A DNA stretch of 64,000 bases, taken from Dehalococcoidia bacterium (lineage in GTDB: Bacteria > Chloroflexota > Dehalococcoidia > Plut-88900). Below, piece by piece: positions 30,485-40,145 of the stretch; the stretch's first letter is position 1; each line of letters opens with the position of its first letter. A program made the position numbers and the translations under genes. The stretch is from positions 32,001 to 96,000 of the forward strand of contig CBDBLV010000003.1 in NCBI GenBank assembly GCA_965207225.1, in the 5' to 3' direction. Under the pieces are notes generated by a model. It saw only the letters and a program-made list of their open reading frames with translations, had not been told where the DNA came from and searched no databases.

Positions 30485-30738
30485 GCACGGCCCGAGCCGA
30501 CCTCGGCCCGGTACTCTTCGACCAGATCGGCCACGTCCTCAGGGCCGATGCCCTTCTCCCTGGCCCGCTCCTCTCCGTACTGGAGAAGCTGCCGCCATTC
30601 CAACTCCTCGATGTAGCGCAGCAGCGCCTCTCGAAGGAACTCGCTCCTGGACTGCCCCTGCTGCTTCATCACAGCGTCCACCCGGTCCGCCATCTCCGGC
30701 GGCAGCGAGAAGGTGATAGTCTTGGTCGTTCGCGACAT
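30481..30738 (-). CDS. RHH antitoxin/regulator
   Basis: ITFSLPPEMA..SRSEFLREAL; overlaps the PIN start. Confidence 0.85.
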   Translation of the reverse strand: MSRTTKTITFSLPPEMADRVDAVMKQQGQSRSEFLREALLRYIEELEWRQLLQYGEERAREKGIGPEDVADLVEEYRAEVGSGRA

Positions 30739-30833
30739 GTGCGCTCCTTGTTAGTGAGTCTTACCACAATAATGCAACGACGGCTCAGCTCATGTCAATG
30801 TCAGATGGCCTGTAGAATAGCGTCTGCCCGCTC

Positions 30834-31268
30834 CTACGTGAACAGCTGCCATGTGAGCAGGCCGACGACCGCGAGCAGCACCACCACGGCCAGACCGAGC
30901 CTGACGGCCAACCGCCTCATACTTCTGCGGGCAGCCCGCTCGTTCTCGTACTCTTCCTCCATCTCCTCAAGCGCCTGCCGGTCGGCGGATGCGGCGTACA
31001 CCGCCTCGTGACGCTCCCGCTCCAACCCCTGCGCCCGCCGGTCCAGCTCCAACAGCCTCCGCCCAAGCTTCCCCTCCCGTGCGAGAGCCCGGCGCAGCAG
31101 CTCCTCGTCGCTCACCCGCTCCTGCCCCTCCATCCGCACGTAGACCCTCCGGCCATCCCTGCGCACCTCGACCTCTCCCCGCCGTATCATCCGGTCCAGG
31201 GTCGAGATGGAGACCTCCATCTCCCGCGCCGCCTCCGCCTTCGCCATCCAGCGCACCCGCTCAGTCAT
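30834..31268 (-). CDS. Excisionase-like HTH with TM helix (copy 2)
   Basis: Paralog of 23321..23764. Confidence 0.7.
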   Translation of the reverse strand: MTERVRWMAKAEAAREMEVSISTLDRMIRRGEVEVRRDGRRVYVRMEGQERVSDEELLRRALAREGKLGRRLLELDRRAQGLERERHEAVYAASADRQALEEMEEEYENERAARRSMRRLAVRLGLAVVVLLAVVGLLTWQLFT

Positions 31269-31698
31269 TGCTCTTGTCCTCGCACTGCGGCCTGCGCCGC
31301 CACCACCGGCTGAACAGGCGCAGCCCACCGCCCTCGGCGGCGTCCTGCTTCCGCGCCGCCTCCAGGGCCTCCACGCGCTCCGTCAGGTCATCCACGAGAT
31401 CCCTGAGATCATCCACAGCTTTGACCGTCCGCCGCATCCGCTCCTCCAGCCTGTCCAGGGGCGTCGTCCTCTCCGCATCTGGATCGTCCAGGCCGGCCAT
31501 GAACCGTTGCACGGCCAGGGCCATCTTCCCCGTCAAGCGCTCTTTGCTCAGCGCCAACGCCACCGTCTTCCGGTTCACCCCCAGGAGGGCCGCCGTCCTG
31601 CGCTGTCCCTCCCGCTGGACGAGGTACTCCACGACCCACTTCTGGTCGGGCTTGCCGTCTCCGGCCCTCGTTTTCATCTTCGACTTCCGAGAGGTCAT
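31261..31698 (-). CDS. HTH plus coiled-coil protein (copy 2)
   Basis: Paralog of 22861..23328. Confidence 0.75.
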   Translation of the reverse strand: MTSRKSKMKTRAGDGKPDQKWVVEYLVQREGQRRTAALLGVNRKTVALALSKERLTGKMALAVQRFMAGLDDPDAERTTPLDRLEERMRRTVKAVDDLRDLVDDLTERVEALEAARKQDAAEGGGLRLFSRWWRRRPQCEDKSND

Positions 31699-32245
31699 TT
31701 TCGTCCTCTACAGGGGTGGGCCGCATTTGCAATTCTCTGCGGAACCAGCCCTTGACAGCGACCGGTCACCATTTTCGGCCAAACCCCCGAAATGTTGCAT
31801 AAATCCAAACCTGCGTGGCCCGAAATGTCCGTTCCTACCCACCACCCCATTTCGCGTCATGCACCCCCACCTCAATTCCTGCAATATCCGGTGGGCCACC
31901 CTGGGCCGCGGACGCCGCCGAAGCGCCGATTTTGCTCCTCATAGACGCTTTAGACCCGCATCCGTACCTACATCCCCCATGATCGGCTGACCGGTCAGGG
32001 TGGTAAAAGTGCAATTCCGGCGTCTCCGGAGAGCGCCCTAACTTTAGCACAGCTTCTCCCCAACTTGCATTTTTTACCGTTGACCGGTCGAGGACGTTGC
32101 AGCCCCTTTTGTAGCTGAATTAGGGGAATATGACCGGTCTTGGGTATTTCAGGAGCCCGGCGGATGTACAGCTTGTACCGTTTTGCGGCTCCCAGACGGC
32201 AGGGAGGGCAGATAGCGTTGCATCGACGCTATCTATGTGCCACGG
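31699..32245. promoter_or_regulatory. Conserved cis region (copy 2, inverted)
   Basis: GACCGGTC at 31760, 31989, 32082, 32132. Confidence 0.6.
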
Positions 32246-33975
32246 TCATCGCCCCCTTCTATAGGATGCCTCTACAGGACTCTGCCGCATCCGGTGGTAG
32301 AGACTGTCCCACTGGTAGGCGCTCAGCCCTGACAGCGCCAGTCGGGGGGAGGACGGCTCCCACAAGGGACGCCAGGACGCCCCCAGTATCCCCCTGGGTG
32401 ACAGGACGGGGATGCAGGACACCAGGACGGGCAGCGACATCCGGTGCATCCGGGCGGCGGTATTCACGTAGGTCTCCTCCACTTCCTCGGTGTCTACCAC
32501 GAACAGCGTGACGGGGTACGGGGGCAGGTCATCTTTGTGCTCATTCGACCAGTAGTAGTCTTCGTAGGGCTCCAGGCGGGCGATCACTCCCCTAGGGTGG
32601 CGGGCGCGAAGCTCGTGCTCGAGGTAGAAGGGCACGGGATGGCCCCCGGCGAGAAGGTGCCCAACGGCGTCGGGGGCGATGGCCGACTGTCCCCAGTTGT
32701 AGGCCCGGTCGGACCTGGCGGTGGGGACAAGCCATACAAGCTCACTGTCGGGATCGGAACGGGTCTCAGATGCAAGCTGCGAGAGGAACCAAGTGATGCC
32801 GTCCGTGTGCCTCGTCTGCCTCGCCCACGTCTCGATGCGGTGGCCTACGTGCCGGGGGCGGCCCTCTTTGTCGGTGGTGCGCTCCGTGCTCCAGATGCCC
32901 CTCGTGGTGGGCAGCTCGGCCCGGTCCCGGTGGGTGACGTAGCGTATGCCCTCGTCGGACAGGGTGTAGCGCACCTCGCCCCGTTTGCCGTGACGTTCCA
33001 CCAGTCCCCAGGTCTTCACAAGGCTGCGCATCATCTGGCTGACGCGTCCCTCGGAGACGCCGAGCCAGGTGGCCAGGTGCTCGCGGGGGATCATCGGGTG
33101 GTCGGTGATCAGGTCCAGCGTCCGCTTCTCCGAAGGGCTGAGGCCGAAGGCGGGTGACCCCCCCACCAGGCGCTCAGGTTGAGGGAGTGAAGCTCGCTTC
33201 CGCTCCGGCGACGCCGTGAGGGATGTTCGTCTTCTCCCCGGCTTGCCCCGGGAGATTACCCGCTCCAGCGTCAGGTACGAACGCCCGGACAGCCCCGTCG
33301 TCTCCTGCCAGACGCGGCGGTTCCGTCTTTCCAGGGCGGTCCTGGACTCCACGGCGATGAAGAAGTCCGTCAGATCGACCCGTTCGCAGAAGCTCCCCGT
33401 CTGCCTCCGCTCCCACACGCTGGGCACCAGGATGAGAATCACGTCGGGGCGGCGGCTGGAGTCGTAGTGCGACAAGGCTCGCAGCCGGTCGTGGAGGGAG
33501 CGCCTGAGCAGGGCCAGGCCCTGGCGGACGATACCTAAGTCTCGCCCATCGTGGAGGGTGATGACGGCGTCGAAGCGGCCCTTGCGGTGAAACTCCACGC
33601 GGGATCGGAGCCCGTCCGTGCCGGGGGACATGGTGGCGGCGAGGCGGTAGACGGAGGCCACCGCGTCCATCCTGCGGATGAGCAGCGTGAGCCACTCCCT
33701 GGACATGGGTAGGCCCGCACGAAGTCCGAGGGCGTGTCGTAGTCCACGAAGTCGGCGGTCTCCCTGATGCCCTGCGGCGTCAGGCAGTATCTTGCGCTCG
33801 ACGGCAGATGCACGGTGCCGTGGGTGGCCTTCCCCACGATGCCGTCGGACAGCAGCTCGGACAGATAGCGGTGGACGGTTGCGTGGGGCTCGCCTAGGAT
33901 GAGCGCCAGATCCGTCGATTCGATGAACGGCATCCGGCTGAGGGCGTCGAGCAACCGTCGGTCTGACAAAGACAT
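32246..33975 (-). pseudogene. Replication-relaxation-like protein (copy 2) with a 1-bp frameshift
   Basis: TACCCATG here versus TATCCCATG/TACCCCATG in paralogs at ~33708; the N-terminus MSLSDRRLL is in another frame. Confidence 0.75.
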
Positions 33976-34224
33976 GCGTTGAGCGTAACGAGGAAGCGCA
34001 TCGGTGGGCAACCGATACGTGTCAGCGGCGGTGTGGCGACTCTGGCGGGCATTCCACTTAACATCAACGAGGTTTTTCTTCTTCCGACAGGTGGTGGACC
34101 CGGGTACTTTGCAAAACGTTGGTGCAAGGGGTTTTGTAGTAGGACACAGGGCTCTGTGCGGTTGCTGCCAAGTAGTCTCACTGCTATAGTGAGGCTGCCT
34201 TAGTCCTCGTGCCGGAGAAAGGGA

Positions 34225-35100
34225 ATGGAATTCGTAGACAGAATTGTGGAAGGAAATTGCCAGCAGGCCCTTAGGGACGTGCCTGACAATTCGGTTGATC
34301 TTATATTCACTTCGCCGCCTTACGCTGACCAGAGGAAAAGCACCTACGGCGGAATAAAGCCTGACGATTACGTGGAATGGTTTCTTCCCAAGGCTGACCA
34401 ATTCTACCGCGTCCTGAAGCCGTCCGGTACGTTCATCCTCAACATCAAAGAGCGCGTCGTCAATGGAGAGCGTCACACCTACGTGATGGAGTTGGTGCTT
34501 GAGATGCGTAGGCGAGGTTGGCTATGGACTGAAGAGTTCATCTGGCATAAGAAGAACTCATACCCCGGCAAATGGCCCAATCGGTTCAGGGACAACTGGG
34601 AACGCCTTATACAATTCAACAAGCGAAAAGACTTCAACATGTACCAGGAAGAGGTGATGATACCCGTAGGAACCTGGGCAGAGCATCGCCTCTCAAATCT
34701 CAGTGATACAGACCAGATCAGAGACGAATCCAAGGTGGGCAGCGGGTTTGGCAAGAACGTATCCAATTGGCTTGGTCGAGACAAGGTGTATCCCAATAAC
34801 GTCCTCCACATGGCCACTGAGTCTTCAAACAAGAACCACAGTGCCGTCTTTCCCGTTGCGTTGCCCACCTGGTTCATCAAGCTTTTCACCCAACCCGAGG
34901 ACCTAGTGCTGGACCCTTTCCTCGGTTCCGGAAGCACGGCGGTGGCCGCTCTCAACTTGGGCAGACACTTCCTCGGCATCGAAATCAACAGCGAGTACGC
35001 GGAGTTGGCCAGGGAACGGGTGCTAAGGGCGGGGGACGCCATACCCTCGGTCAACGGGGCTGAGATGGCGGATGAGGCAATGCAGGGGGTCGCTGGATGA
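34225..35100 (+). CDS. Beta-class N4/N6 DNA methyltransferase
   Basis: TSPPY precedes DPFLGSGST. Confidence 0.9.
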   Translation: MEFVDRIVEGNCQQALRDVPDNSVDLIFTSPPYADQRKSTYGGIKPDDYVEWFLPKADQFYRVLKPSGTFILNIKERVVNGERHTYVMELVLEMRRRGWLWTEEFIWHKKNSYPGKWPNRFRDNWERLIQFNKRKDFNMYQEEVMIPVGTWAEHRLSNLSDTDQIRDESKVGSGFGKNVSNWLGRDKVYPNNVLHMATESSNKNHSAVFPVALPTWFIKLFTQPEDLVLDPFLGSGSTAVAALNLGRHFLGIEINSEYAELARERVLRAGDAIPSVNGAEMADEAMQGVAG

Positions 35101-35858
35101 AATCGCTGGATTTCGACGTTGTGCGGCGGTACGTCAACGAACACATCGGCGTCTTCCATCAGGGGCGACTCGACACCTTGAACAAGCTGGATCTGAAGCG
35201 AGCGCTCCAGAAGAACCCCTATCTGTTCAGGGCCAAAAATGTCTTGACCGCATCGGAGATGATCAACGGCATCATGGATGCGTTCCTGTCCTCCTCCGAA
35301 GAAGAGCGCTTCGGCACATTCCTTGAGGGGCTTGCCGTATTTGTAGCTGAACAGACAACTGGGGGACACAAGTCGGCAGCGTCCGGCATCGACTTGGAGT
35401 TTAGCAACCAAGGCGTCCACTACCTGGTCTCAGTGAAGTCCGGCCCCAATTGGGGTAACGCAGCCCAACAGAATCAATTGGAGCGCGAGTTGAGGGACGG
35501 TGTGGCGAGGCTGCAACAGCGAAGGCCCGGGGCAAATGTACAATCCGTCCTGGGCATATGTTACGGCCGCGTTCGTACGCGATATCTCCGTGGCTACTTG
35601 AAACTAGTTGGACAGAATTTCTGGTATTTCATCAGCGAGAATAAGGACTTGTATACGGAGATCATCGAGCCAATCGGATACCGTGCTAAGGAACACAACG
35701 AGGAATACGAGCGCAGCAAGGCTCAAGTGACCAATCGTTTGACCGCAGCCTTTATCGGGGATTACTGCTATCCCTCCGGCGAAATTGATTGGCCTAAGCT
35801 AGTTTATGCGGCCTGCGGCAACTACGACTTGGATAGATTCTTCGGTCGTTCGAGATAG
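35097..35858 (+). CDS. Type II restriction endonuclease (PmeII-like)
   Basis: KNPYLF...GIDLEF...VKSGPNWGN; overlaps the MTase stop. Confidence 0.75.
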   Translation: MKSLDFDVVRRYVNEHIGVFHQGRLDTLNKLDLKRALQKNPYLFRAKNVLTASEMINGIMDAFLSSSEEERFGTFLEGLAVFVAEQTTGGHKSAASGIDLEFSNQGVHYLVSVKSGPNWGNAAQQNQLERELRDGVARLQQRRPGANVQSVLGICYGRVRTRYLRGYLKLVGQNFWYFISENKDLYTEIIEPIGYRAKEHNEEYERSKAQVTNRLTAAFIGDYCYPSGEIDWPKLVYAACGNYDLDRFFGRSR

Positions 35859-35880
35859 CTGAACACACCCTCGTGAGCAT

Positions 35881-35989
35881 CTAGAGTCCCATCCACAATT
35901 CGAAGATAGTTCTGCCTACCGTCAACTCAGGCCCACCAGACTTGATAAAATCAAGAACCTTCGCGTTGAAGCTCGTGTTGGACCTGTAG
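35881..35989. other. Tail-to-tail hybrid att site (35908-35959) with both orphan recombinase 3' ends
   Basis: AGTTCTGCCTACCGTCAACTC-AGGCCCACCA-GACTTGATAAAATCAAGAACC; + strand DLIKSRTFALKLVLDL*, - strand ELTVGRTIFELWMGL*. Confidence 0.85.
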
Positions 35990-36055
35990 GCTGAGCCTTG
36001 TCCTGTTCCCGTTGAGAGAGGGCCCCCCAAGGAGAGGTGAGGAAAGGCTGGACGT

Positions 36056-38464
36056 TCACATCTCGTCCCGTCCCTCGGTTTCACTCGCCGGCATGCGGTA
36101 GCCTACACGCGGCTCGGTGAAGATGTACTTCGGGACGTTGGCGTCGTCGCCCAGCCTGCGACGCAGGTTTCTCATCGTGGCGCGCAGCAACTGGACAGCG
36201 CGGGTGTATGTTGCTCCCCAGACCTTTTCCAGGATCTGGTCATGAGTCAAAACTCGCCCGGCGCTGATCGAAAGCTCGAAGAGCAGCTTGTACTCGGTCG
36301 GAGACAACTGCGCCCGATGGCCGGCTACAGTCACGGCTCGGTCTGCGTAGTCGATAACCAACTCTCCCAGACGATAGGGCTGACGCCGCGTCGCCTTGCC
36401 AGTTGACCGCCGCTTCCGTAATGAAGCTTCGACTCTCGCAGTTAATTCGGTCGCGGAGAAAGGCTTGACGATATAGTCGTCGGCACCCATTTTGAGAGCC
36501 TTCACAACATTCTCTTCCTGATCGTTCGCGGACAGAAAGATGACCGGCACGTCGGACAACTCGCGGACGCGACGCATCAGTTCGAGCCCGCTGGTCCCCG
36601 GAACCATCAGGTCCATCAAGACCAGGTGAGGATGCTCCAACTCCAGGATATGCATCATCTCATCCGGGTTCCCCGTCCCGAAAGTCGTGTGTCCATGGTC
36701 ATTGAGTATGGTTCGAAGAAGCCGCAAGACTTGAGGCTCGTCGTCCACAGCAAGAATCTTCGTTCCATCATGCGGCGTGATGACTTGAACGTCATTCGCT
36801 GACTTCTGAACGGCGGCCATGGGAATCGTAAAGGTGATCCTGGTCCCCTGTCCCTCTCCACCGCTTTCGGCCAGGATGCGACCTCCATGCGCCTCTACAA
36901 TACCCTTGCAGATCGCGAGCCCCAGGCCCTCTCCCGCGACCCGCTGCTCGCGACCATCGCCCTCAATCCGAGAGAACTTCTTGAACAGATTGGGCAACTC
37001 GTCGGCAGGTATTCCTCTGCCTCCGTCTGTTACGGAGAACGCGACATAAACGTCTTCCCGCGATGCACTCACCCTGATCGTTGTTGAATCTCCTGAGTAC
37101 TTGGATGCGTTGGACAGTAGGTTGTTCAGCACTTGACCGATACGCTGGCTATCCGCCGCGATCTGCGGAAGATCGGGCGGGAGTTCGACTTCGATGGGAT
37201 TCCGTCGCCCTTGGCGAACAAACGCCATTCTCGCCTCGTCGACAATCTCCTCCACATCCGTAGGTTCGAGAGTTACTGACAATGCCCCCGCTTCTATCTG
37301 CGTCATGTCGAGAAGGTTGTTGACGAGGTCGCTCAGATGGTCGGACTGCCCATCTATCATTCGGAAGTACTGGAGCATTTCGGAAATGGTGGGGGGACTG
37401 GATCTAGCCAACACGATGCCAGTACAGCCTTTGATTGTGGTCAGCGGTGTTCGCAACTCATGGCTCACCATGGCGAGGAACTCGCGGCGCAGACGTTCGA
37501 CCTCCTCCACCGGAGTCATATCTTGTACTACGGCAACAGCGGAGACAATCTCCCCGTCATCCGAGTAGATCGGCGTGGCGTTGACGAGAGTGGTCACCTT
37601 ACGCCCATCGGGGAGATCGAACTGGATTTCTTCGGCCCGCACTACTTCGCCGCGGTCCAGCGCCCGGGCCAGGGGGCGCTCGTGGCCTTCGTATTTCTCG
37701 CCATCCGACCGGCGGTAAATCGCCACCTCGTGATAGCGCACGAGTGTGGAGCCGGGCTCCGGCGAGACACCCAGGATGCGTTCTGCCTCTCTGTTGACCG
37801 ACGCGAAGGTCCTTGTCTTGGCATCGACTACCAGGACTCCCACCGGCGAGGAATCCACTAACGCAGCCAACCGACGCCTCTCGGTCTCAACCTGGTCCCT
37901 GGTTTGCAGCTCTTGCTCGTACTTGAGAGCGTTGACTATTGAGATGGCGGCCTGTGACGCGAACATCACGAGGATATCTTCGTCTTCTTCAGAGAACTCC
38001 TTCCCACCTTCCTTCTCGGTAAGGTAGATGTTTCCGACAGGCTCGTCATGGTGGCGGATCGGCACCCCGAGGAAGGACTTCATCGGCGGGTGATTCTCAG
38101 GGAAGCCGGCCGAGCGGGAGTGCTGGCTGAGATCTGCGAGTCGTAACGGCTCTTGTATTTCGTTCAGGTATCCGAGGAGACCCAACCCTTGCGGTGGATC
38201 TCCCAGCCGACTGCGTTCTTCGGGAGTGATGCCAGAGGTGATGAACTCTCGAATTCGTCCAGCGCTGTCGAACACCCCTACCGCGCCATAACGGGCGTTG
38301 GTTAATGAGCAAGCGCCGTCAACGATTTCCTGAAGCACGGCGTCGAAGTCCAGAACCTCGGTGATGCGGCGACCGACCTCGCTCACCCTGGTGAAGCGAG
38401 CACGAAGGGTCTCGATCTCCAGCCTGAGGGCATCGTGCTTCTTCGCGGAACCATCTCGGTTCAT
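36056..38464 (-). CDS. Hybrid sensor: GAF-PAS-histidine kinase-receiver-OmpR/KdpE wHTH
   Basis: SHELRTPL; NLLSNA.KY; GLGL; DDE..D..KPF; C-terminal TEPRVGYR. Confidence 0.9.
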   Translation of the reverse strand: MNRDGSAKKHDALRLEIETLRARFTRVSEVGRRITEVLDFDAVLQEIVDGACSLTNARYGAVGVFDSAGRIREFITSGITPEERSRLGDPPQGLGLLGYLNEIQEPLRLADLSQHSRSAGFPENHPPMKSFLGVPIRHHDEPVGNIYLTEKEGGKEFSEEDEDILVMFASQAAISIVNALKYEQELQTRDQVETERRRLAALVDSSPVGVLVVDAKTRTFASVNREAERILGVSPEPGSTLVRYHEVAIYRRSDGEKYEGHERPLARALDRGEVVRAEEIQFDLPDGRKVTTLVNATPIYSDDGEIVSAVAVVQDMTPVEEVERLRREFLAMVSHELRTPLTTIKGCTGIVLARSSPPTISEMLQYFRMIDGQSDHLSDLVNNLLDMTQIEAGALSVTLEPTDVEEIVDEARMAFVRQGRRNPIEVELPPDLPQIAADSQRIGQVLNNLLSNASKYSGDSTTIRVSASREDVYVAFSVTDGGRGIPADELPNLFKKFSRIEGDGREQRVAGEGLGLAICKGIVEAHGGRILAESGGEGQGTRITFTIPMAAVQKSANDVQVITPHDGTKILAVDDEPQVLRLLRTILNDHGHTTFGTGNPDEMMHILELEHPHLVLMDLMVPGTSGLELMRRVRELSDVPVIFLSANDQEENVVKALKMGADDYIVKPFSATELTARVEASLRKRRSTGKATRRQPYRLGELVIDYADRAVTVAGHRAQLSPTEYKLLFELSISAGRVLTHDQILEKVWGATYTRAVQLLRATMRNLRRRLGDDANVPKYIFTEPRVGYRMPASETEGRDEM

Positions 38465-38559
38465 GTTGCCACCCGCCAGACAATCTTGAGCAACGAGGGG
38501 ATAAGAATACCGCCCATTGTACCGCAGACGTTGTCAAGGTCTGCTGACCGTCAGAAATC

Positions 38560-38610
38560 TTTGATGGTTCTTTGATGGAAACGGGGCTGTTTTTGATGGG
38601 CATTTGATAC
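38560..38610 (+). promoter_or_regulatory. Four TTTGAT(GG) direct repeats, candidate OmpR-family operator
   Basis: Copies at 38560, 38571, 38592, 38603 (spacing 11/21/11). Confidence 0.65.
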
Positions 38611-38655
38611 GAGCCGCCTATGGTGGCCGGTATCACTATCTGTAGGAGGTGTGAG

Positions 38656-39480
38656 ATGAAAAACGGAATGCTCAAACTTGCTGGATGGGTCACGGCTTTC
38701 GCGTTAATTGCGGTCGCCGCGTGGGCCTCGCCCACAGCAACTGCACAAACGCCTCCGGAGGCGCAGAGTACGAATTCCGGAGCGTATTTCCTCGGAGGAG
38801 ATGGTCAGGAACGTTCATTATCTGTAGGTGATGTGGTTACACAGACACAGCGCCTTGCTGACGGCACATGCGGATCCCACGACTTTACCGTTGGGGGACG
38901 TGGGTACGTAAAGTCCATAAGTGTGGTATTTGACCAAAGCCGCTGCGCCATGGTCGTCGCTGAGATTGTCTCGGACCCTACGACCCAGGCACAGGAACCC
39001 TTTATTCAGGCCAAGTCCGAAGTGACCAGTCGTTCGACACAATCGTCGTCTGAGGCGAAGTGGCGCGTTCGAGCTGTAGGTGAGTGGCGTGGCTTTGCCA
39101 ACGAAGAATTAACACAGGCCACGGCAACAATAAAATTTAAGACATCGAGCCTCACCGGTGGCGGCCCACTTTTTGATAGATACATTGCTCCTCCTGACTG
39201 TTGGGGTAACTACAACCCGCCGACTTTCAACTGGACTGAGGACTCCTGCACGAGTCTCGGCTCCGCCTCAGACCCAGGATTGGTGTCATCAACAATTTCC
39301 GGAAAATTCCATCACGCTGTTTTTAGGTGGATGCATCATGAAATCAGATCGACGGCCAAAGCTCGTGGATGGGTATCCATACCTGCCGCGTTCGATTGGG
39401 ACTGTCGGTCAATAGGCCATGTGTCGTGGCCCTCCACCTTCCATTGCGAGAGATTGTGGAATCTTCTCAGTTGGCCATAA
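38656..39480 (+). CDS. Secreted hypothetical protein
   Basis: AGGAGGT RBS; signal peptide; several Cys residues. Confidence 0.65.
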   Translation: MKNGMLKLAGWVTAFALIAVAAWASPTATAQTPPEAQSTNSGAYFLGGDGQERSLSVGDVVTQTQRLADGTCGSHDFTVGGRGYVKSISVVFDQSRCAMVVAEIVSDPTTQAQEPFIQAKSEVTSRSTQSSSEAKWRVRAVGEWRGFANEELTQATATIKFKTSSLTGGGPLFDRYIAPPDCWGNYNPPTFNWTEDSCTSLGSASDPGLVSSTISGKFHHAVFRWMHHEIRSTAKARGWVSIPAAFDWDCRSIGHVSWPSTFHCERLWNLLSWP

Positions 39481-40145
39481 GTCCTGTGGCTAACGGATAT
39501 GCGCCGAATCATCCAGCCAAGCCGGGCAGTGTCTCGCCAACGTCTATGCCCGGCTCCCGGCAAGTCTGGCCGATCTAGAGGAGTGATTCTGCGAAACATC
39601 AGTTAAACAACTGATCGTGACTTCCGGATCTCTTGGTTCCATCAACAATGCACTTAAAGAGAACACTTTCACATTTGGCGGATAAGGCTACACGGCTCCC
39701 TTTATTTGTCAATGCAATATTGGCGGATGAAATATGGAGGAATCGTGAATTTCAAGCGTTTCTACTGCTCATGCTTCTCTTATTGGTCGTGTTACTGAGT
39801 TTGATCGGGGGATGTTTACCCATCCCGTTTCCGCGGGATGATGTCATTATCGGGTGACTTCACAATCAGTTGTTTCGATTACGCCCACAGCCACTCTGGC
39901 CGGTTCGGTCGAATCCACATCGGCAAGCTCTCACTGGTCTTCGTCCTTTGCGCGCTCTGGCTTTTCCCGCTCAATGTCAAAATTGACAATGTGAACGCGC
40001 CTGACTTGTACTCAAGCTCCCCTTCAACCAGCTTCCGTTGCGTGCTCATGCCTGCGATGCAAAGGCAACAGAAAACTGAGACACTCGTGGACAGTGGGCC
40101 TGGACTCATCCCCAAACACTTAATTGCCTGAGGACCGCGAAACGT

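Larger units (their letters stand above)
26976..35933 (-). mobile_element. Integrative element B (type-B recombinase), ~9 kb
   Basis: Bounded by the GCCCACCA direct core at 26973 and 35931 with matching B arms; full backbone on the minus strand. Confidence 0.8.

Noticed and set aside
34085-34180. TGGTGGACCCGGGT as a minus-strand tRNA/tmRNA 3' end
   Set aside because: No T-loop GTTCRA or cloverleaf is visible upstream.
35881-36084. 67-aa minus ORF as a real gene
   Set aside because: Better explained as read-through of the hybrid att into the orphan type-B tail.
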